Source: a bacterium
Lineage (GTDB): Bacteria > SZUA-182 > DTGQ01
Direction of reading: 5' to 3'
Assembly: GCA_040752695.1 (NCBI GenBank)
Contig: JBFMGO010000138.1
Location: 1-13,897 of the forward strand
Length of the DNA stretch: 13,897 nt
Shown: one piece after another, positions 7,368-13,897 of the stretch
How the letters are laid out: every line of letters starts with the position of its first letter
Position numbering within the stretch: the first letter of the stretch is position 1
The notes under the pieces: model-generated
What the model saw: the letters and a program-made list of their open reading frames with translations, nothing else
Told to the model about the DNA's origin: nothing
The model's database searches: none
Position numbers and translations under genes: made by a program

Positions 7368-10300
7368 CTAATTAATGCTTTTTACTAATTCAACGTCCAG
7401 GCACAAGCTTTGCAGTTCCTTGACCAGAACGTTAAAGGATTCCGGAATACCTGGTTCGCTCAGGTTTTCCCCCTTAACGATCGCCTCATAAGCATCGGTT
7501 CTTCCGGTTACGTCATCAGATTTTACCGTCAAGACTTCCTGCAGGGTGTAGGCTGCGCCATAGGCCTCAAGTGCCCAGACCTCCATCTCGCCAAATCTCT
7601 GACCGCCAAATTGCGCTTTCCCTCCCAAGGGCTGCTGCGTCACCAGAGAATACGGGCCTATCGACCGGGCGTGAATCTTATCATCGACCAGATGAGCCAG
7701 CTTTAACATGTAAATGTACCCGACAGTCACCTCCTGACGGAATGGATCGCCGCTCCGGCCATCGCGCAAGGTTGTTTTACCAGTCTCAGGCAGTCCTGCC
7801 TTCTTGAGATCCTCTCGGATCTGCCTTTCCGTAGCACCGTCAAATACCGGTGTGGCAACCCATAATCCCAGTGCTTTGGCTGCCCACCCAAGGTGGGTTT
7901 CCAAAATCTGACCGACGTTCATTCGAGAAGGTACTCCAAGGGGATTGAGAACCAGATCAACCGGTGTCCCGTCTGCTAAAAACGGCATGTCTTCTTCAGC
8001 CAGTATCTTGGACACAACCCCTTTATTTCCATGCCGTCCGGCCATTTTATCACCAACCGATAATTTGCGCTTAATGGCAATATAAACCTTTACCAGTTTT
8101 ATAACGCCAGGAGGAAGCTCTCCTCCCCGCTCAAGACGGGAAATTTTATCCTCGAATTCAACCTGCAGCTCTTCTTTTTGCCTCTCAGCCCAATCGGTAA
8201 TCTCATCAATTTGTGGCTCGAGCATGGGATCTACGCTGATCTTGTCCATAATCGTATTATCTTCCAATTCTTCATACTCGATCTCTTCTTTTTCTCTATG
8301 TCCTTCTTTGATCAGCTCCAGGATCTTCCTCTGCTTGGACTCTTCCACGATTTTCGTTTCGTCTTCAAAATCTTTTTTCAGCCTTCCAATTTCATCCTCT
8401 TCAATTTCTGCAGTTCGTTTATCTTTTTCAACTCCTTTTCGAGAAAAGACCTTCACATCGACCACGATACCTTCCACTCCAGGAGGAGCGACCAGGGAGG
8501 CATCCCGGACATCAGCAGCCTTTTCACCAAATATGGCCCTCAGCAGTTTTTCCTCAGGGGTCAATTGCGTTTCGCCCTTTGGTGTGACCTTCCCAACCAG
8601 AACGTCTCCCGGCTTTACCTCCGCACCGATGCGGATGATACCGCTCTCGTCGAGATTCCGGAGGGTATCTTCGCCAACATTGGGTATGTCCCTGGTAATT
8701 TCTTCGCGGCCAAGCTTCGTGTCCCGGGCTTCAATTTCGAATTCTTCTATATGAATAGAGGTAAACCGGTCCTCCTTTACGACCCGTTCACTCATCAGGA
8801 TGGCGTCTTCGAAATTGTATCCTCCCCAGGGCATAAAGGCCACCAGGATATTCTGTCCAAGAGCAAGTTCTCCCAGATCGGTGGAAGAACCATCGGCTAT
8901 GATGTCACCTTTTTTGACATATTGACCCGGACGTACGATGGGACGCTGATTCTGGCAGGTATTCTGGTTGGTCCTCTGGAATTTCACCAGTTCGTAGACA
9001 TCTATGATAGGCTCCTCGCCTTTCAGATCGCCTTCCGAGTCTACCCGAACGATAATTTTCATGGCATCGACCCGCTCGACTACGCCATTTCTTTTGGCCA
9101 GGATTACAGCGCCGGAATCTCTGGCCACGACGGCCTCCATGCCGGTCCCCACCAGTGGCGCATTCGGACGCAGCAAAGGAACTGCCTGCCGCTGCATGTT
9201 GGATCCCATCAGAGCGCGGTTTGCATCGTCGTGTTCAAGGAAAGGTATCAAAGAAGCGGAGACACTTACCAGTTGTTTAGGCGAAACGTCCATAAAATCA
9301 ATTTGTTCAGGGACGACTTTACGCGGCTCGCCGCCGGTCCTGGCAGCGATTCTCGGATCAATGAACTTTCCTTCCGCATCAACTCTGGCATTGGCCTGAG
9401 CCACGGAAAACTGCTCTTCCTGACTGGCTGTCAAATATTCAATTTGTTCCGTAACCCGACCGTCAACCACTTTTCGGTAAGGGGTTTCGATAAATCCAAA
9501 ATCATTGACCTGGGCATAGGTGGATAACGATGCAATCAATCCAATATTAGGCCCTTCGGGTGTCTCTATAGGACAGATGCGGCCATAGTGAGTGGGATGT
9601 ACGTCACGCACCTCAAATCCCGCTCTTTCCCTGCTCAAGCTCCCCGGTCCGAGTGCACTCAGCCTGCGCTTATGCGTTAATTCAGACAGAGGATTGGTTT
9701 GATCCAGGAATTGAGAAAGCTGGCTTGAGCCGAAAAATTCCTTAATAACCGCAGATACCGGCTTAGAATTGACAATATCGTGCGGCATCACGGTTTCCAT
9801 ATCCTGAATACTCATCCGTTCCTTGATGGCACGCTCCATCCGAACGAGACCTACTCGAAACTGGTTCTCCAGAAGTTCTCCGACAGCCCGTACCCTGCGA
9901 TTACCAAGATGATCGATGTCGTCAACATACCCGATCCCGTTGGTCAACTGGAGAAGATAGCGAATAACAGCAACAAAATCTTCTCTTTGCAAGAGCCGGT
10001 TTTCCAGATCGATGTCCAGCCCCAGCCGGCGATTCATGATAAGCCTGCCCACTTTTGTCAAATCATACCGCTTGGAATCGTAGAAAAGACTATGGAAAAG
10101 CGCCTTGGCACTCTCTAAGGTCGGAGGATCTCCCGGACGCATTCTTTTATATATTTCAATTAAAGCATCCTCTTGAGTCTTGATCGGATCTTTTTCCAGT
10201 GTATCGCGCAAGGATGAGCCGATATTGCTTTCCTCAACAATTAAAAGCTGAATGGAAGGAATCTTTTTCTCATAAAAGATCGACAGTTTCTCCTCAGTGA

Positions 10301-11276
10301 CCATCTGATTACACTCGAGCAAGACTTCGCCGCTCTCTGTGTCGATAATGTCAGTAGCCACATACCTGCCGACTATTTGTTCCATCTTGACCGGCAAATG
10401 GTTTAAGCCGCTCTCTTCCATCCGTTTCAAGATGCTTCTGTTGAGTTTATTTCCTGCTTTTACTAAAATCTGCCCGCTGGCAGGATCCAGGATATCCTTG
10501 GATACTCTTTCCCCTCCGTGAACCTCGGGATCCAGGATTTTGTACCCCTCACCTTCCAGAACGATCTTTTCTGTAGGATAAAATGCCTTGAGGATCTCTT
10601 CATCCTCTTTAAACCCAAGGGCACGAAGAAGTACAGTAGCCAAGATCTTCCTTCTCCGATCAATACGCAGGTACAAGGCATCCTTGGAGCAGACTTCAAA
10701 TTCGATCCAGGATCCCCGGTAGGGAATGATTCTGGCAATATATAATATTTTTTGGCTCGAATAGGTTTTACCCTTATCATGGCTGAAAAAAACTCCAGGA
10801 GAACGATGCATCTGACTGACAATCGTCCTCTCCGTTCCATTGATGATAAAGGTGCCATGCTCTGTCATCAGGGGGATTTCGCCCAGGTAAATCTCCTGCT
10901 CCTTAATATCGCGGATCGTTTTTGTCTGCCTCTCTTTATTTTTCTGCCAGACAATTAATCTTACCACAACCTTTAGAGCAGCCGCATAGGTCATCCCTCT
11001 CTGTCGACATTCATTTACCGTGTATTTTGCCTCCCCAAGGCTGTAGGAGACAAATTCCAGCGAACAGTTATCCCCGAAATCGGTAATCGGAAAGATACTG
11101 CTGAATACTCCCTGAAGGCCCTCGTCCTTGCGGACTTCAAGAGGAATATCCGTTTGAAGAAACTGTTCGTAGGATTTTTTCTGAATTTCGATCAGATTTG
11201 GCACTTCCATGATCTGAGGGATCCGAGCAAAATCCTTTCGTGCCCTTTTCCAGATTCTGTTCTTATGGTTATCCAT
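7368..11276 (-). CDS. rpoB: DNA-directed RNA polymerase subunit beta (about 1302 aa from ATG 11276; upstream in-frame ATG at 11294)
   Basis: Rif cluster [69 protein letters not shown] at 11283-11286 is 6 nt before ATG 11276, whereas ATG 11294 has no SD. Confidence 0.99.
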   Translation of the reverse strand: MDNHKNRIWKRARKDFARIPQIMEVPNLIEIQKKSYEQFLQTDIPLEVRKDEGLQGVFSSIFPITDFGDNCSLEFVSYSLGEAKYTVNECRQRGMTYAAALKVVVRLIVWQKNKERQTKTIRDIKEQEIYLGEIPLMTEHGTFIINGTERTIVSQMHRSPGVFFSHDKGKTYSSQKILYIARIIPYRGSWIEFEVCSKDALYLRIDRRRKILATVLLRALGFKEDEEILKAFYPTEKIVLEGEGYKILDPEVHGGERVSKDILDPASGQILVKAGNKLNRSILKRMEESGLNHLPVKMEQIVGRYVATDIIDTESGEVLLECNQMVTEEKLSIFYEKKIPSIQLLIVEESNIGSSLRDTLEKDPIKTQEDALIEIYKRMRPGDPPTLESAKALFHSLFYDSKRYDLTKVGRLIMNRRLGLDIDLENRLLQREDFVAVIRYLLQLTNGIGYVDDIDHLGNRRVRAVGELLENQFRVGLVRMERAIKERMSIQDMETVMPHDIVNSKPVSAVIKEFFGSSQLSQFLDQTNPLSELTHKRRLSALGPGSLSRERAGFEVRDVHPTHYGRICPIETPEGPNIGLIASLSTYAQVNDFGFIETPYRKVVDGRVTEQIEYLTASQEEQFSVAQANARVDAEGKFIDPRIAARTGGEPRKVVPEQIDFMDVSPKQLVSVSASLIPFLEHDDANRALMGSNMQRQAVPLLRPNAPLVGTGMEAVVARDSGAVILAKRNGVVERVDAMKIIVRVDSEGDLKGEEPIIDVYELVKFQRTNQNTCQNQRPIVRPGQYVKKGDIIADGSSTDLGELALGQNILVAFMPWGGYNFEDAILMSERVVKEDRFTSIHIEEFEIEARDTKLGREEITRDIPNVGEDTLRNLDESGIIRIGAEVKPGDVLVGKVTPKGETQLTPEEKLLRAIFGEKAADVRDASLVAPPGVEGIVVDVKVFSRKGVEKDKRTAEIEEDEIGRLKKDFEDETKIVEESKQRKILELIKEGHREKEEIEYEELEDNTIMDKISVDPMLEPQIDEITDWAERQKEELQVEFEDKISRLERGGELPPGVIKLVKVYIAIKRKLSVGDKMAGRHGNKGVVSKILAEEDMPFLADGTPVDLVLNPLGVPSRMNVGQILETHLGWAAKALGLWVATPVFDGATERQIREDLKKAGLPETGKTTLRDGRSGDPFRQEVTVGYIYMLKLAHLVDDKIHARSIGPYSLVTQQPLGGKAQFGGQRFGEMEVWALEAYGAAYTLQEVLTVKSDDVTGRTDAYEAIVKGENLSEPGIPESFNVLVKELQSLCLDVELVKSIN

Positions 11277-11332
11277 AGAATTTCCTATAAACATGATAAT
11301 AAAGATGAATAGTAAATAAATATTTTCATAAA

Positions 11333-11719
11333 CTATTTAATTTCTACTTTTGCTCCTTCTTTCTCCAATTCGGCCTTAATCTTTTCGGCCTCCTCTTTCG
11401 AGACGTTCTCTTTGACTGGTTTCGGAGCCGTATCAACCAAGTCTTTTGCCTCTTTCAAACCCAGTCCGGTCAGCGCACGAACAACCTTAATAACCTGGAT
11501 CTTCTTATCACCTACGTCCACCAGATTGACCGTAAATTCGGTTTGCTCTTCCTTCTGTGCTTCCGCTGCAGCAGGTGCAGGGCCTGCCATCATGCCCATA
11601 GGCGCCATAGCAGCAGAAACACCAAATTTATCCTCTAACTCTTTTACAAGTTCGGAGAGCTCCAAAACCGTCATATTCGCTATATAGTCAATTACTGATT
11701 CTCTGGTAATCTCTGCCAT
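11333..11719 (-). CDS. rplL: 50S ribosomal protein L7/L12 (128 aa)
   Basis: [22 protein letters not shown], Ala/Pro-rich hinge, [31 protein letters not shown] at 11729-11734 supports ATG 11719 over the ORF-track start at 11737. Confidence 0.98.
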   Translation of the reverse strand: MAEITRESVIDYIANMTVLELSELVKELEDKFGVSAAMAPMGMMAGPAPAAAEAQKEEQTEFTVNLVDVGDKKIQVIKVVRALTGLGLKEAKDLVDTAPKPVKENVSKEEAEKIKAELEKEGAKVEIK

Positions 11720-11772
11720 CTTATACATCTCCTTCATTCTTTTTATGATAACCTATTGACTTTAACGATAAG

Positions 11773-12285
11773 TTATTGATTCTTCTTTTCACCAATCGCT
11801 TTTAACACCATTACTAACTTTGTCTGCGGACCGTTCAACACATTCATAAAGCTGCGCAAAGGTGACTGAATGCCCATAAAGACCTTGGCCAAAAGAATCT
11901 CTCTGGGAGGCAGTTCAGCCAGAGCACCGATTTTCGCAGCATCCATGACCTTACCTTCAACAACCCCACCTTTAATTTTTAAGGCAGGATTGTCCTTGGC
12001 AAAACCCGCTAATATCTTGGCCGGTACCGCCGGATCTATGTAACCGAAGGCCAAAGCCGTTGGATTCTGCAAAAAGTCATTTACTCCCGCCTTGCCTTCA
12101 AAGGCTTTTCGAATCAAGGTATTTTTAAACACCTTATATTCGACCTGGGCCTCTCGCAACCGATGCCGCAGGTCCTCCATATTCTGAACCTTCAAACCAC
12201 AAAAGTCACTGAATATGGCAGCCTTCGCCCTCTGTAATTTCTCTTCGATTTCTTGTACTTGCTTTTCTTTTTCCGTCCTGATCAA
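11773..12285 (-). CDS. rplJ: 50S ribosomal protein L10 (about 170 aa, probable TTG start)
   Basis: YKVFKNTL, PTALAF, IKGGVVEG, LAELPPREILLA. The ORF-track GTG at 12297 is part of the SD GAGGTG (12295-12300). TTG at 12285 gives MIRTEKEKQV, a typical L10 N-terminus. Confidence 0.96.
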   Translation of the reverse strand: MIRTEKEKQVQEIEEKLQRAKAAIFSDFCGLKVQNMEDLRHRLREAQVEYKVFKNTLIRKAFEGKAGVNDFLQNPTALAFGYIDPAVPAKILAGFAKDNPALKIKGGVVEGKVMDAAKIGALAELPPREILLAKVFMGIQSPLRSFMNVLNGPQTKLVMVLKAIGEKKNQ

Positions 12286-12399
12286 TGAGTAATACACCTC
12301 TTTTCATGAATAATGTAAGCTCTATAAACCGCTTATTTTTCGAAAAAACGCGTATGATCTTGCTAAGTATTTTTTTCTGGAGGCTGATGGATGTATCGA

Positions 12400-13104
12400 T
12401 TACTTTCTGAATGCATTGCGAATCTTCGCTGCATCCAAACGTATCCCTGGACCCATGGTTGAGGAAATAGCAATGCCCCGGATATACTGGCCCTTGCTAG
12501 ATGCGGGTTTAAGACGGACTAATGTATCAAGGAAGGTGGCGGCATTTTCCCTTAACTGTTCCGGATTGAATGAAACCTTGCCGATCGGTACATGAACGAT
12601 ACCGGCCTTTTCAACTCGAAAGTCTACCTTGCCTTTTTTGATATCGCTTACTACCTCGGTAATATTAAAGGTCACGGTCCCCGTCTTGGGATTTGGCATC
12701 AATCCTCTTGGCCCTAAAATTTTTCCCACTTTTCCAACGCTCCCCATCATGTCCGGCGTCGCTACTACACGGCCGAAATCCATCCATCCGCCTTTAATTT
12801 TCTCAACGAGCTCTTCGCCGCCTACATAATCTGCCCCTGCATCAAGTGCCTCTTTCTCTTTCTCTCCTTTGGCAAAAACCAGTATCTTTACTTTCTTGCC
12901 TGTGCCGTAGGGCAATACGACCGATCCTCTCACCATCTGATCAGACTTTTTGGGATTTACACCAAGTTTAACAGCCATATCTACCGTCTCATCAAACTTG
13001 GCGAAAGCTGCGTCCTTGACAGCTACCATCGCCTCGTCCAGATCGTACCGTTTGGCCGGATCAACCTTTTTGCATGCTTCTTTAAACTTCTTTCCCGCCT
13101 TCAT
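12400..13104 (-). CDS. rplA: 50S ribosomal protein L1
   Basis: [51 protein letters not shown] at 13109-13113. Confidence 0.99.
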   Translation of the reverse strand: MKAGKKFKEACKKVDPAKRYDLDEAMVAVKDAAFAKFDETVDMAVKLGVNPKKSDQMVRGSVVLPYGTGKKVKILVFAKGEKEKEALDAGADYVGGEELVEKIKGGWMDFGRVVATPDMMGSVGKVGKILGPRGLMPNPKTGTVTFNITEVVSDIKKGKVDFRVEKAGIVHVPIGKVSFNPEQLRENAATFLDTLVRLKPASSKGQYIRGIAISSTMGPGIRLDAAKIRNAFRK

Positions 13105-13137
13105 TGCCCCTCCATAATAATATCAAAAATATCCTTA

Positions 13138-13563
13138 TCAGCCTGCGACCTCGATACCCATACTTCTGGCCGTTCCCTCGACAATTTTCATGGCGCTTTC
13201 AACATCAACCGCGTTCAAGTCCGGCATTTTGGTCGTAGCGATTTCTTTTATTTGCTCTCTGGTCACTTTTCCGATTTTTTCTTTATTGGGCGTCCCCGAT
13301 CCCTTGGCAATTCCCGCAGCCCGTTTTAGCAGTACAGCAGCCGGAGGGGTTTTTGTTACAAAGGTAAAAGAATGATCTGCATAGATGGTTATCACTACAG
13401 GAATAATCAGACCTTCTCTGCCCCTTGTCTGCTCGTTAAAATTTTTACAAAACTCCATGATGTTCACACCATGCTGACCTAAGGCCGGCCCTACCGGAGG
13501 AGATGGAGTCGCTTTCCCTGCAGGAACCTGAAGCTTTACATAGCCAACTATCTTTTTTGCCAT
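13138..13563 (-). CDS. rplK: 50S ribosomal protein L11
   Basis: [31 protein letters not shown]...GTARSMG. GGGAG SD upstream; tandem stops TGA TAA. Confidence 0.99.
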   Translation of the reverse strand: MAKKIVGYVKLQVPAGKATPSPPVGPALGQHGVNIMEFCKNFNEQTRGREGLIIPVVITIYADHSFTFVTKTPPAAVLLKRAAGIAKGSGTPNKEKIGKVTREQIKEIATTKMPDLNAVDVESAMKIVEGTARSMGIEVAG

Positions 13564-13588
13564 AAGAATACTCCCTATTTATACGACC

Positions 13589-13897
13589 TTATATCTTTTC
13601 AACCTGTGCAAAATCAAGCTCTACCGGGGTGGATCGGCCAAAAATGCTTACCAGTACCCGCACTTTTTCCCGGTCTTCGTTAATCTCGTCAACTTGCCCT
13701 GTAAAGCTCGTAAACGGCCCATCGATAATTTTGACTCTCTCCCCTTTCCCAAATAACACCTCGGGTTTGGGTTTTGCAGCACCGGTCCGCATTTGCTCAA
13801 GGATAGTCTCAACTTCCTTCTCAGTCATAGGAGTCGGTTTTGATCCGGCTCCGACAAAGCCCGTCACCGTTTGGGTATTTTTGATAATATAACACAT
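13589..13897 (-). CDS. nusG: Transcription elongation factor NusG, C-terminal part (start lies outside the window)
   Basis: End of the NGN domain (KNTQTVTGFVG) and a KOW domain (GERVKIIDGPF...VSIFGRSTPVELDFAQVEKI), directly upstream of rplK. The ATG at the window edge is an internal Met. Confidence 0.97.
   Translation of the reverse strand: MCYIIKNTQTVTGFVGAGSKPTPMTEKEVETILEQMRTGAAKPKPEVLFGKGERVKIIDGPFTSFTGQVDEINEDREKVRVLVSIFGRSTPVELDFAQVEKI

Noticed and set aside
3207..11294. Inteins, introns, frameshifts, split rpoC or rpoB-rpoC fusion
   Set aside because: Both genes are single uninterrupted ORFs of normal length with separate stop, SD and start. The inserts correspond to the known SI1, SI2 and SI3.
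11746..11761. TGATAACCTATTGAC in the rplJ-rplL spacer as a Fur-like box, or TTGACT as an antisense -35
   Set aside because: Only one half-site matches, and there is no -10 at 16-18 nt.
462..13892. Numerous short plus-strand and alternative-frame ORFs in the ORF track (e.g. 462-929, 4675-5199, 8224-8754, 10463-10858)
   Set aside because: All lie wholly or mostly inside conserved essential genes and have no recognisable domains. They are shadow ORFs.
1..13897. Novel defence, mobile, CRISPR or accessory system
   Set aside because: The window is almost entirely occupied by universal housekeeping genes in canonical order. The largest spacer is about 114 nt and no repeat array or foreign gene is present.

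Overview
This is a core-genome bacterial window encoded entirely on the minus strand. It holds the conserved transcription/translation superoperon nusG (5'-truncated)-rplK-rplA-rplJ-rplL-rpoB-rpoC-rpsL-rpsG-fusA-tuf (3'-truncated). All genes look intact. I found no mobile element, CRISPR array, intein, full RNA gene or accessory gene, so I cannot support a new biological system here. The RNA polymerase carries proteobacteria-like inserts (beta SI1/SI2, beta' SI3) and beta' motifs resembling Acidobacteriota and neighbouring deep Gram-negative lineages; the taxon is uncertain. The points worth a second look are small-scale: (1) an EF-G with G-domain signatures of the recycling-type spdEFG2/mtEFG2 group; (2) a tRNA-Thr-like 3' fragment plus an 11-bp tandem repeat before tuf; (3) a near-consensus str-operon promoter embedded in the last codons of rpoC; (4) a GNRA hairpin covering the rpoC SD and TTG start; (5) no recognisable L10 or L1 autoregulatory leaders; (6) a few substitutions at normally conserved RNAP and NusG positions.
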